A stretch of DNA of 64,000 bases, from the NCBI RefSeq assembly GCF_009914755.1, contig NC_060928.1, one strand, 5' to 3'. Positions 31,854 through 45,322 of the stretch are shown piece by piece. The stretch comes from the human T2T-CHM13v2.0 reference genome, Homo sapiens. The notes under the pieces were generated by a model. The model saw nothing but the letters and a program-made list of their open reading frames with translations. It did no database searches and was not told where the DNA came from. Numbering within the stretch: the stretch's first letter is position 1; every line of letters begins with the position of its first letter. The position numbers and the translations under genes were made by a program.

Positions 31854-32819
31854 CTGTACATATAGTTTTATATCTCAGGTTTATTATGTAAAATCTTATT
31901 ATGAACATTTTACACATTGTTAAATAATATTCCAATCTTGATTTTTAATGGTTACATAATATCCCATGAACTTGAATGTACTATCATTTAGTTAATTACT
32001 TTCCTTTTGTTGGCATTTAGGTCAATATGGATTTTTTGCAGAAATGGCTATTACTGTGATGAATAGTCTCGTGGTTTCAATCCTGATTTTCTGGGACTTT
32101 TATCAACTCTAAGAAAATCCTGAGTACTTTGCAATCATGCCAGTTCATGTAATGTTGATGCCAAACTCTGCAGTTGGGTAGGCATACTCTGTCAGGCCCA
32201 TTCCCCTCACTCTCAGATGCAATTAGAAGTCATGAGAAAATGAATTGAAAGACAGATCAAATAGATGTTCACACTTAAACCCTAGACGTGGTCTCTGATA
32301 CATTTTTATTATTACCCTTCTTCAACAGAATTCGCTAGGTTAAAGCCGGGTCCAGGGGCCAAGCAGATCATATGTGAATTCAAAGGAATACATCAAGTTT
32401 AAATTGTATTTTGGAATAATTTGTGATCAATCATTTGAAGTTTCCAAGAAATGTGTCAGAGAGTTTTTAAGAAGTCATTATTATTATTTTCCAGTCTTAA
32501 GAACTCAAAGGCCCCCAATTTTTTTTTTCAATTGCTGCTGAACAAATTAACCAAAACCTTTTTTTTGTGATTAAAAACTGTATAAATTTCCAGCTAATCA
32601 TCATATCCTACTCTATGTGGTTCACAGTTGATCAGAACATTCACTGCAGCCCAGTTCACTGATACTGGGTCAGAAATTATCTTCTTCCCTCATAGCAGTT
32701 TTCTACAAAGGAACATGGAGAACAGTCCTCTCCATTTTCATACACTGTTTCTTTTTACTGATACATTTGCAATCCAAGTTTCTTAAACCAATATTTCCTA
32801 AAGCATACTCATGGGATAA

Positions 32820-32891
32820 TTTTTTTTTTTGAGACCTCAAGTGATCCACCCACCTTGACCTCAGAAAGTGTGTGAGCCACCGCTCCTCGCC
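32820..32891 (-). mobile_element. Internally deleted mini-Alu
   Basis: T-tail plus gagac joined directly to ctcaagtgatccaccc...gagccaccgc; flanked by ggataa(t/c)tttt. Confidence 0.8.
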
Positions 32892-33020
32892 AGGATAACT
32901 TTTTTTTAAATGAAGTTCCAAAGAACTGGTGGTGGTGTAGTGGTAAGCTCATGCATGGGCACTGCAGCCAGCCTTCCCTGGCCTGCACAGAGGCTTTACC
33001 TCTCACAGCTTCTATGTCCA

Positions 33021-33155
33021 CATCTTTAAAGTGGCGATAAGTGTACTTACCTTATAGCATTGCTATGAGGACTAAAGAAGGTAGTAAACATATGAACAGT
33101 GCTTAACACAATGACTGGCATGTTGTATGTGCCAAGTAAGTATTATCTATTATTA
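33021..33155 (+). mobile_element. MIR 3' part
   Basis: catctttaaagtggcgataa...tgaggactaaa...gtgcttaacacaatgactggca. Confidence 0.7.
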
Positions 33156-33174
33156 TAACATAATAATACTATTG

Positions 33175-33365
33175 TAAATTAGTTTGGGAAATTCTGGGTT
33201 GAAGCCTGCTTGCTTGTTTGTACACTGCAAGACTTCTCAGAACCTGCAATGGGTAATGTTTTTTTGAATCTCTAGAAGGGTTTCCCGAGCTTATTTGATA
33301 AGGAAACTATCTTTTAAAGAGGACTTTTCAGGAGGAATGCCCCAGAAAAGCTTTCTGGAAACAGC
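33175..33365. mobile_element. hAT-Charlie MITE remnant (MER103-like)
   Basis: tttgggaaattctgggtt...ctgcaagacttctcagaacc...ttcccgagcttatttga. Confidence 0.5.
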
Positions 33366-33619
33366 CCCAAACTAAAAAACTGATGTCGGTCAACACTCTT
33401 TTTACTTCTGTATCCACGTTGCTAAATTTCAACTCAATAATTTAAGATTACCATTAAAGTGCTCTTACTAAACTCAACCTGTTCTATGCTGCTTTTGCTG
33501 CAGCTCACATCTTTGTGTAAACACATGATGATGAAGAGAAAATAATTACCCTCAAGCGAGCCCACACAGACGGTTGTATGCCCACACATGCACATACACA
33601 AACACAATGTTATGGGTAG

Positions 33620-33958
<339 letters not shown>

Positions 33959-34109
33959 AAAGTTTTTTATTTCACTTTAATTTATATCACATCTGGAAAA
34001 ATATGTGTTTACTAACAAATATAAGCCCCTAATAAATATTTGATTGGGAGGGATCAGAATCTCCCAACTATTAAGCATATGTTGCCTCTGTGGTTTTGGT
34101 AAATATACA

Positions 34110-34773
34110 GGATCCCCAAAACCACTAACTTCTGTTTTTAAAACTTTAAGTATAATTTTCATATTGCAAAGTTCTTCTATTTGAAGTATACCATTCAAAG
34201 ACGTTTAGTAAATTTACTGAGTTTTACAGCCCTCAGCATAATCCTGCTTTAGAACATTTCCATCACCCCAGGGAAGATCTCTCATACCCATTTACATACC
34301 TGTTTAACCTATATTATTACCCCCACACTGGCATCCTGGGCAACCATGAATAGACTTCCTGTCTCTATAGATTTGCCTTTTCTGGACATTTCTTTTTTTA
34401 ATCTTATTATTATTTGCTAGAGACAAGGGTCTTCAAGGGTCTTACCACATTGCTCAGGTTGTTCTCAAACTCCTGGCCTCAAGTGATCCTCTCACCTCAG
34501 CTTCCCAAAGTGCTGGGATCATTTCATATAGATGGAATCATACAATAGGTAATGTTTTGTTTCTGACTTTTTTCAATGAAAATATTTTTGAGGTTCATCC
34601 ACGTTGTGGTATGTATCAATAGCTTGCTCATTTTTGCTCCTATTAAGTAGTACTCTATTGTGTGGATAAAACATATTTTGTTTATCCACCCATCAGTTAA
34701 CGGACTGCTTTTACTTGGGTTATTATGAATAATGCTGTTTTGAATATTTGCAAGCAAGTCTTTGTGTATATAT
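34110..34773 (-). mobile_element. Old L1 (L1ME-like) 3' fragment
   Basis: ctgtctctatagatttgccttttctggacatttc...atggaatcatacaata...tccacgttgtgg typical antisense L1 3' region. Confidence 0.78.
34392..34519 (-). mobile_element. Alu left monomer / FLAM fragment
   Basis: tagagacaagggtctt...ctcctggcctcaagtgatcc...aaagtgctgggat. Confidence 0.85.
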
Positions 34774-35079
34774 ATCGTTCTTTCATGAATAAAGTTATCT
34801 TCCTTGCTTTCACTATCATTTCTTTATATTTGGCAAGATGGAAATGGATCTATTTTGACCAGATTTCTTTGTTCATCATATACTTACCAAGTCAAATAAG
34901 AAGTCATTGAGACCCCTATCCTAAAAGCGAAATTGCTGGGTCTCAATGATTTCTTATTTGACTTGGTAAGTATATGATGAACAAAGAATTCTGGTCAAAA
35001 TAAATCCATTTCCATCTTACCAAATATAAAGAAATGATAATGAAGGCAAGGAAGATACCTTTATTCATGAAAGAATGAT
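34774..35079. repeat. Long inverted repeat: 142-bp arms, 22-nt spacer
   Basis: Arm 34774-34915 against the reverse complement of 34938-35079: 134/142 identical with no gaps (manual alignment). Confidence 0.97.
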
Positions 35080-35194
35080 GATTTCTTAGGAACTTTATTT
35101 TGCTGCATGTTATTTGTTATTTGTTGTAAATCCCTTATTCATAAAGTGACTATTCAAAGCTGCTCTTTGAAGGAAGCTATAAGTAGATATGGCG

Positions 35195-35755
35195 GCTGTA
35201 ACTCGGCATTCATTTCAAATTCCTTCTCTTGTATCTTTTTGTACCACACAGGTTGGAAAACAGAAACACTGTTCCTGAGAGGGAACCTTGGGAGGTTACA
35301 AACCTTGAGAGCTGGGTTCCTGGTTGTGAATTAGGTGCTTCTGGTTACGTCCTGAGACTTGGAAAGTGGAAAGTGGTAGAGCTTTATTCTGGTTGCTTGG
35401 CTATTTTGCTCCTGACAGGTGCAGGACACATCGTGTTTTTCTGTAGTATTCCAGTACCCAGGGTGTAGTTTTATGAATATTAAAGAGCATTAGTGGTTTC
35501 CTGAGCCTCAGATCACAGTTACAGTGGTATGATCTTGTGGTCAGCAGTTCTATCCAGTTCCATTTTCAGGAATGTGGGAGGTGGTCTCTCACAGTGGGCT
35601 AGTTTGGAGGTGTCCTTCTGGGAGTCATTCCTGGAGATCAGTGTAGAACCAGACTGCCTAACAATCTTTAAGGGCCTAATTGCCATGTTAAATTCCTTCT
35701 GCTTAACACACCTAGCACAGCTTCTGTGTCCAGCAACTGAACCCTGCTAATTTCA
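35195..35755 (+). mobile_element. ERVL LTR remnant (LTR33-like)
   Basis: Terminal aaattccttctgcttaa...cttctgtgtccagcaactgaaccctg motif. Confidence 0.5.
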
Positions 35756-35799
35756 AAGTCTAAAAAGTATTACTGGATAATAATACAAAATAGCCAGGG

Positions 35800-36310
35800 G
35801 ATCTTGGGGTCAATTACCCAGTAACAATTCTTCACTGAGACAAGAATTCAGAACAAGTGATTTATTAAGGAAGCTCTACCAGGAAACCCTGGCAATGGAA
35901 TAGGAGAGTCAAAAAGGGTAGGGGAAGATGCCAGGCAAGGATGGGATCTTAGTTAAGCCTTACAGAGAGCAGCTTTTGCTCAATCCCACATGGAAAGTGA
36001 TGTTAAGTGTTGTTAGTGATGCCTTGGAGCTGTTCTAATCCAGAGCAAGAGAGCTGGGTCTCATACTGTTATATCTGTTAGTCATTGGTTAAGAGCTGAC
36101 CTAGGGGTGGGAGTTTTCAGGGACTTCAGCTCACTGGGTTTACAGGCAATATGGTTCCAGTTGCAAATGTTAGTCCTCCAAAGAAAAACTGTAGGCACTG
36201 GATGTTTGAAGTGACCATACTTAAAGACAAGAGGGGTGCAAAAAAATGGTAAGAAGGGAACTGAGGGGATTTGGGCAATGCTCAGAGGTACACTGGACTT
36301 GTTCTATACT
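35800..36310 (-). mobile_element. ERVL LTR remnant (LTR16-like)
   Basis: ctgagacaagaattc...aagtgatttatt...ccaggaa motif typical of antisense LTR16. Confidence 0.5.
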
Positions 36311-36877
36311 GGGACTAAGATACTGGAACACTGGCAATCCTCTGACATAGTGAGATTTCTTTTCTGTTGATGCAAATTGAGGGTTAATCATAAAAACAAA
36401 ATGGAGGCCACAGTATTAGCCATAAGCAAGAGGTTTGACTCAAACTTCACTTTTTAATCAATTAATGTTAAACAGACAATGGAGGTTTGTCTGTTTTCTA
36501 CTGTGGTCTCAACCATCATTAATACTTATTGGGTATCTGTTTTAATCAAGGACCTGTTAGGTGCTAGGGATATGAAGAGATATAGAATCCAAACTCATTG
36601 GCAGGGCCCAAAATATTGCCAGGCATCAGCCCTGTTTATTCTCCCACAGTTTCCCATTTCCCTGCTTACATTTAATGCTCCTTACAGAACTTTTTGCAAG
36701 CAATTCGAGTATGCTGTTCTGTTTCCCAATTCAATGTCTTCTCACATGCCATTTCTTCAGTTTGAATGCCCTTCTTGTCTCTTTGGCAGTTCCCTTCTCA
36801 TTCGTCATAATCCAAGTTATGGCAGATACTGTGGATGGGAACAATAGTTCCCAACTCCTCCTCTGTTCATTTCCACT

Positions 36878-36896
36878 GAGAGACAGAGACAGAGAC

Positions 36897-36940
<44 letters not shown>
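36878..36940. repeat. (GAGACA)n-(GA)n compound microsatellite
   Basis: Seen directly. Confidence 0.95.
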
Positions 36941-36941
<1 letters not shown>

Positions 36942-37060
36942 AAGAAACCAAGACCCTTTTGCAGCCTTTTTTGCTGTCATGGTTGACCAGGTACTTAGTT
37001 CTAGCCAATATAACAAGGGGGAATATCTACTTGGGGCTCTGGGGAAAGTTTCTGCTTTCT

Positions 37061-37367
<307 letters not shown>

Positions 37368-37700
37368 AAGTTTCTGCTTTCTAATAACAGAGACAGTTAC
37401 AACAGGAGAGCTGTTGGCGTTGCCCTTTCCTCCTTCTTCCTGAATTGAACATGAATGGATCCAATGCAGAAACTTTTCAAGTGAGCTTGATGATCAAGCA
37501 TGAAGGAAGGCAACACAGCCGGACGGAAAGAGCTAGAGATTATGATGTGATCAGGAGCTCCTGAGCCAGAACCAGTAACTACCCATCTCTGAGTTTCTTG
37601 TTATAAGAAAAAATTAGACTCTGTTTAACCTGGGGAATGGAAAATTCTGGCCATGAATCTGGCTGCTTGTTTTTTCTGTTATTGTAGTCAAAGCATTCTT

Positions 37701-40700
37701 TGTTTTTCATTTTTAACTTTTGTGGGTATATAGTAGGTGTAGATATTTATTGGTTACAAGTGATACAGGCATGCAATGCGTAATAATCACATCAGTGTAA
37801 ATGGGATGTCCACCACCTCAAGCATTTATCCTTTGTTACAAACAATCCAATTATACTCTTTTAGTTATTTTTAAATGTACAATTAAATTATTTTTTACTA
37901 TAGTCACCTCATTGTGCTAGAAAATACTAAGTTGTATTTATTCTTTCTATTTTTTTGTACCCATTAACCATCCTCGCTTTCTCCCCTTCCCCCAATTCCT
38001 GCCCCACTGTCCTTCCCGGCATCTGGCAACCATCCTTCTATTCTGGAACTGCAGGAGCTCAATTACTTGAATTTTCAGCTCTCACAAATAATTGAGAACA
38101 TGTGAAGTTTGTCTTTCTGTGCCTGGCTTATTTCACTTAACATAATGACCTCTACTTCCATCCATGTCATTGCAAATGACAGGATCTCATTCTTCTTTAT
38201 GGCTGAATAGTATTCCATTGTGTATATGTACGACATTTCCTTTATCTATTCATCTGCTGATGGGCATTTCGGTTGCTCCCAAATCTTGGCTATTGTGAAC
38301 AGTGCTGCAATAAACATGGGAGTGCAAATATCTCTTCAATATATTGATTTCCTTTCTTTTGGGTATATACCCAGGACTGGAATTACCAGATAGTATGGTA
38401 TCTCTATTTTCAGTTTTTGAGGAACCTCCAAGCTGTTCTCCACAGTGGTTGTGCTAATTTACATTACCACTGACAGTTTATGAGGGTTCCGTTTTCTTCA
38501 CATCTTCACCAACATTTGTTATTGCCTACTTTTGGATGAAAGCCATTCTAACTGGGGTGAGATGGTATCTCACTGTAATTTTGATTTGCATTTCTCTGAT
38601 GATCATTGATGTTGAGACATCATTGAAAACTATTTGCCACTTGTATATATTCTTTTGAGAAATGTCTATTTAGATTTTTTGCCTGTTTTAAAATCAGATT
38701 ATTGGAATTTTTCCCATAGAGTTGTTTGAGCTCCTTATCTATTCTGGTTATTAATCCCTTGTCAAATGGGTAGTTTGCAAATATTTTCTCCCATTCTGTG
38801 GGTTGTCTCTTTACTTTGTTGATTGTTTCCTTTGCTGTGCAGAAGTTTTTTAACTTGATGTGATTCCATTTGTCCATTTTTGCTTTGGTTGTCTGTGCTT
38901 GTGGGGGTATTCCTTAAGAAATCTTGGCCCACTCCACTGTCCTGGAGAGTTTCCCCAATGTTTTCTTAATAGTTTCATAATTGGAGGTTTTAGATTTAAG
39001 TCTTTAATTCATTTTTATTTGATATGGCAAGAGATTAAGTCTAGTTTCATTCTTTTGCATATGAATATTCAGTTTTTACAGCACCATTTATTGAAGAGAC
39101 TGTCCTTTCCTCAAAGTATGTTCTTGGCATCTTTGTCTAGTGAGTTCACTGTAGTTATATAGATTTATCTCTGGGTTCTTAATTCTGTTCCACTGATCTA
39201 CGTGTCTGTTTTTATGCCAGTACCCTGCTGTTTCGGTTACTATACCTCTGTACTATGATTTAAAGTCAGTTAATGTGATTCCTTCCATTTTGTTCTTTTT
39301 GCTTCATATGGCTTTGGCTATTCTGGGTCTTTTGTGGTTCCACATACATTTTAGGATTATATTTTCTATTTCTGTGAAAAATGTCATTGGTATTTTCATA
39401 GGGTTGCATTAAATCTGTAGATTGCTTTGGATAGTATGGACATTTTAACAATATTGTCTCTTCCAATTTATAAACATGGAATATTGTTCCATTATTTGTG
39501 TCCTCTTTAATTTCTTTCATCCACATTTCATAGTTTTCATATAGTCTTCTCTCTTCTTAGTCTGACTAAACATTTGCCACTTTAGTTTACCTTTTCAAAA
39601 AACCAACTTTTTGTTTTGTTGATCTTTTGTATTGTTTTCTGTGTTTCAATTCTTTTCTTCTACTCACTTTAGGTTTGGTTTGCATTTGCTTTCCTAGTTT
39701 TTTAAGACGCATCATTAGGTTATTTATTTGACTTTTTTCTTCTTTTCTGATGTAGGCACTTATAGCTATAAACTCCTCCCTTAGTACTGCTTTAGCTGTA
39801 TCCCATAAGTTTTGGTATGTTGTGTTTCCATTATCATCTGTTTCAAGAAATTTTTCAATTTCCTTTAAAAATTTGTCTTATTGACCCATTGGTCATTCAG
39901 AAACATATTTAATTTCCATAGCTTGTATAGTTTCCAGAATTCCTCATGTTATTGATTTCTAGTTTTATTCCATTGCAGTCAGAGAAGATGCTTGATATGA
40001 TTTCAAAGTTTTTGAATGTTTTAAGACTTGTTTTGTGACCTAACATATGATATATCCTTGACAATGATCCATGTGTTGAGGAGAAGAATGTGTATTCTGC
40101 AGCTGTTGCATAAAATGTTCTGTAAATATCTATTAGGCCCATTTGGTCTATAGTGCAGATAAAGTTTGAAGTTTCTTTGTTGATTTTCTGTCTGGAAGAT
40201 CTGTCCAATACTGAAAGTGGGGTATTGAAGTCTCCAGCTATTATTGTATGGGAGTCTCTCTCTCTTTAGTTCTAATAATATTTGCTTTATATATCTGGAT
40301 GCTCCAGTATTGGGTGCATATATATTTACAATCCTTATATCCCCTTGCTGAATTGACCTCTTTATTATTATATAATAACCTTCTTTGTCTCTTCTTATAG
40401 TTTTTGTCTTGAAATCTATTTTTTCTGATGTAAGTATAGCTGGTCCTGCATTTTTGTGGTTTTCTTCGGAATGGAATACCTTTTTCTATACCTTTATTTT
40501 CAGTCTACATGTGTCTTACAGGTGAAGTCTGTTTTTTGTAGATAACAGATCATTGGACCTTGTTTTTAAAATCTTTTCAACCACTCTATGTCTTTTGATT
40601 AGAGAGTTTAATTCGTTTATAGTCAATGTTATTATCAATAAGTAAGGGCTTACTCTAGCCATTTTGTTGTTTATTTTCTGGTTGTTTTGTGGTCTTCTCC

Positions 40701-43700
40701 TTCTTTCCTTCCATTCTGTCTTTCTTTTAGGGAAGGTGATTTTCTATGATGGTATAATTTAATTTTTTGCTTTTCATTTTTTGTGTATTTATTGTATTAT
40801 TTTATTTGAGCTTACTACAAGGCTTGTAAATACTGTCTTATAACCCATTATTTTAAGCTGACAAAAACTTAACACTGTTTACATAAACAAACAAGGAAAA
40901 AGAAAACTAATAAAAACTCTATGCTTTAACTTTGGCTCCCTGCTTTTTAACTTTTTATTGTTTCTATTTATATCTTATTGTATTGTCTACATCTTGAAAA
41001 GTTGTGGCTATTATATTTGATTGATTCATTGTTTTGTCTTTCTACTTAGATAAGAGTAATTTACACACCACAGTTATAAACACGCAGTGTTATAATTGTC
41101 TGTGTGTTTTCAGTGTACTTACTATTACCAGTGAGTTTTGCACTCATTATTCATTATGTCCTTTTCTTTCTCAGTGAAGTATTTCCTTTAGCATTTCTTA
41201 TAGGACAGGTCCTATAATGATGAAATCCCTCAGCCTTTGTTTGTCTAGGGACATCTTTATTTCCCTCATGTTTGAAGGGTTTTTTTTTGTTGTTGTTTTA
41301 TTGTTTTTTTGTTTTTTGTTTTTTTGTTTTTTTTTGGCCAGATATACCATTCTAGGGTAAAATGTTTTTCCTTCAGAACTATAAATATGTCATGCCACTC
41401 TCTCCTGGCCTGTAAGGTTTTCATTGAAAAGTCTGCTGCCAGATATATTGGAGCTCTATTGTATGTTATTTGTTTCTTTCCTTTTGCTGCTTTTAGGATC
41501 CTTTCTTTAACCTTGACAATTGGAAGTTTCATTATTAAATGCTTTGTGGTCATCTTCTTTGGGTTAAATCTAGTGAGTGTCCTATAACCTTCTTGTTCTT
41601 GGACATTGATGTCTTTCTCTAGGTTTGGGACTTTCTCTGTTCTTATCCCTTTGAATAAAATGTATACCCCTGTCTCTTTCTCTACCTCTTCTTTAAGGCA
41701 AATAACTCTTAGATTTTCCTTTTTGATGCTATTTTCTAAATGCTGTGGGTTTGCCTTATTATTTTTTGTTCTTTTTTCTTTTGTCTCTTCTGACTGTGTA
41801 TTTTCAAATAGCCCGTCTTTAAGCTCAGTAATTCTTTCTTCTGCTTGATTGTTTCTGTTATTAAAAGACTCTGAGGCATTCTTCAGTGTGTCAATTGCAT
41901 TTTTCCACTCCAGAATTTCTGCTTTATTCTTTCTAATTACCTTAATCTCTTTGTTAAATTTATCTGATAGAATTCTGAATTCCTTCTCTGTATTATCTTT
42001 AATTTCTTTTGAGTTTCCTCAACACAGCGAATTTGGATTCTCTGTCTGAAAGGTCACATATCTCTATTTCTCCAGGATTGGTCCTTGGTGTGGTGTTTTA
42101 TTTAGTTTATTTGGTGAGATCATGACCTCACCATGGATGGTCTTGATGCTTGTGGATGTTCATCTATGTCTGTGCATAGAAAAGTTAGGTATTAATTGTA
42201 GTCTTTGCACTCTGAGCTTATTTGTTCCTGTCTTTCTTGGGAAGGTTTTCCAGCTATTTGAAAGAATGTAGGTGTTCTGATCTAACCCATATCTGCATTA
42301 CAGGGCACCCCACACCCAGTGACATTGTGTTTCTTTCAGACTTGTAAAGGTACTGCCTTGATGGTCTTAGATAAGATCGGGAAGAACACTCTGGATTACC
42401 AGGCAGAGACCCTTGTTTTCTTCCTTTCACTCAAACAAATAGAGACTCTTTCTCTCTGTTCTGAGACACCTGGGGCTGGGGCTGGGGTGACACAAACACC
42501 CCCGTGACAACCACCACTGGGACTGTACTAGGTCAGACCTGAAACCAGCACAGCACTTGATTTTGCCCAAGGCTCACTGTAACTACTACCTAGCTGCCAC
42601 CTATGTCCACTCAAGGCCCTGATGATGTACAGTCAGCAGGTGGCAAAGGAGATAGGCTGGTGTCTTTCCCTTCAGGATGCTGAGTTTCCTTAGGCCCCAG
42701 GCAGGTCCAGAGGTGCCATCCAGGAACCAGGGCCTGACATCAAAAACCTTAGAAGTCTATCTGGTGCTATATTGCACAATAGCTGAGCTGCCACTCAACT
42801 CACAAGATGCAGTCCTTCCCACTCTTCCCCCACTTTCCACAGGCAGAGGAGCCTCACCTCATGGCTACCACCACAGGCCCAAAGGGAGTACCCCCAGGCT
42901 ACTGCCAATATCTCCCTTAAGGCCTAAGGGTTCTTCAGTCACTTTGTGGTGAATGCTGCCTGGCCTGTGACTCTTCAGGGCTGTGGGCTCCCTCTGGTCC
43001 AGGGAAGGTCCAGATATGTTATTCAAAAGCCAAGGCCTAGAATCAGGGACCCCAAGAACCCACTTGGTGATCTACTCTACTGTGGCCAAGCTGGTACTTC
43101 AGGTGCAAGACAAAGTCCTCTTTACCTTTCCTTCACTTTTCTCAAGCAGGAGGAGTTTCTGCCCATAGCCACCACAGCTGGAAATGTACTGAGTCTTACC
43201 TGAAGCCAGCAAGTCTCAGAGTCTCACCCAAGGCCTACGGCATACTACCTGGGTATTACTGCTAATTGTTCAGGGCCCAAGGGTTCTTTAGTCAGCAGGT
43301 GATGAATCCTTCCAGGACTCGGTCCTTCCCTTCAAGGCAGCAGGTTCTCTTCTGGCCCAGGGTGTGTCTAGAAATGTCCTGAAACTAAGGCCTGGATGGA
43401 GGCCTCATAACTCTGACTTGTGCTCTATCCTAATGTGGCTGAGCTGGTATCAAGATGCAAGACAAAGTCCTCTCCATTCTTTGTTCTCCTCCCCTCAAAC
43501 AGAAGGGAGGGGTCTCTTTTGGAGCTGTGAGCTGTGCAGACACCTGAAAGGTGTCTCCCTAGGTCACATGCCCCTCAGTTCACTGGCTCAGAGCCCAGTT
43601 CAGCCCTAGGACTTGCCTATGAGTTGCAGTCCTTGTGGCCCAGACTGCCTTTTGAGTTTATTTAGGACTCCAGAGCACTTTAGCTCACGGTGGAAAGCCT

Positions 43701-44142
43701 TGCTGGAACTCAAGTTCTGACCACTGGGATGGGCGATGCTCCTCTGCTTAGGACTGGTTTAAATACTTCCTCTGTGGGCAGGTGTCAGAGGAGTTCAGCT
43801 CAGTTTTGCTTTCTGTTGTGACAGAGCACTACTGTGTTCAATGCAATGTCTCACAATTGCTGTGCTCTCCTTCTCCCAAGCACACAGATTTCCTCTCCAC
43901 ACCACATGGCCACTGCTGGGGCTGGGGGAGGAGAGGTGTCAGCAATTCAAGACTGTCTCCTATTCGCCTCACTACCTCATTCAGTGATATGAAGTTAAAA
44001 CCAGGTACTGTGAATGCTCACCTGATTGTTGGTTCTTATGAAGGTGTTTTTTGTGTGTAGATAGTTGTTAAATTGTTGTCCTTGGGGGAGGGGAGATATT
44101 GGTGGAGGCTTCTATTTTGTCATCTTGCTCTGCACCTTCTCC
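37701..44142 (-). mobile_element. L1MA2-like element, both ends intact, ~1.2-kb deletion in ORF2
   Basis: L1MA1-3-type 3' UTR; ORF2 and ORF1 remnants; 5' end gcagagcaagatgacaaaatagaagcctccacc; perfect TSD tcaaagcattctt (37688-37700 / 44143-44155). Confidence 0.9.
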
Positions 44143-44284
44143 TCAAAGCATTCTTAATTGAATGAAACATGACCAAATGATCACCTCATCTGGGATCTTC
44201 CCTCCACGCCTCCAGGTTATTAATGTATCATGTGTATTTGCAAATTATTTTATTGTACGTATCCCCCAGAGCTATATTAATTGC

Positions 44285-44405
44285 TTTCTCATTTATCTGC
44301 TAGGTATTGAGCTTGGAAGTGCAGGGCCAATGTCTTGTTTCTCCTGAATATTTAGCATCATTCCAGGTCCATACTCAATACTCAAAAAATGATTGTTGAG
44401 TGAAG
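44285..44405 (+). mobile_element. L2 3' end fragment
   Basis: gagcttggaagtgcagggccaatgtcttgtt...actcaaaaaatgattgttgagtgaa. Confidence 0.55.
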
Positions 44406-45019
44406 GGAAGACATAGTCTCCCCTCTGTGACAGACACTGATTGTTGTCTTTCCCCTGCCGCCTGTCCCCATAGCCATACTATCCTTTGGCTGCAGCACTC
44501 TTCCTATCCTGCTCTATCCCTAATGTGCCCACTCTCCTTTCCCCCTCATTCCCCAGAGCACCACTACCATAGGGTATTGGGTATAGTCACTTAAGTGTAA
44601 GCCTGTCACGCTCAGTAAGAGTTTCAGAGTGATGCATGGAGATTTTAGCATAGCTGAGAACAGAGTACAACTTAAAATGAAGTTCCATATTAGACATCAC
44701 CATCTGAAATTCTTCAGTGATTTGTACCATGGAGTATCTCATATTGGTTGTCTTTCTCTGCAGGGCCTGGCCTGCTGCCATTTTCTCTCTCAATTTCTCT
44801 CTCTTTCCCATTCTTTCTCTCTCCCCCCAGAAACCTCCTTTTCTTCTCCTTCATTTTAGAACACACTATCTGTATTTCCTCACTTCATTATGTAAATATA
44901 TTGACAAATTTAATTCTCAAGGTCTTTCCAAATCAGGTCTGGACTTACTTTTGAATCTCAATGGTATCTTGTTAAACAAAAGTGTCATCTAACTCTGATG
45001 ACACTTGGCACAAGGTTTT

Positions 45020-45322
<303 letters not shown>

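Noticed and set aside
42610-43480. Three diverged ~300-350-bp repeats (ggcccaagggttct...gtcagcaggtg)
   Set aside because: They lie within the L1MA 5' UTR and are most likely part of that family's consensus structure.
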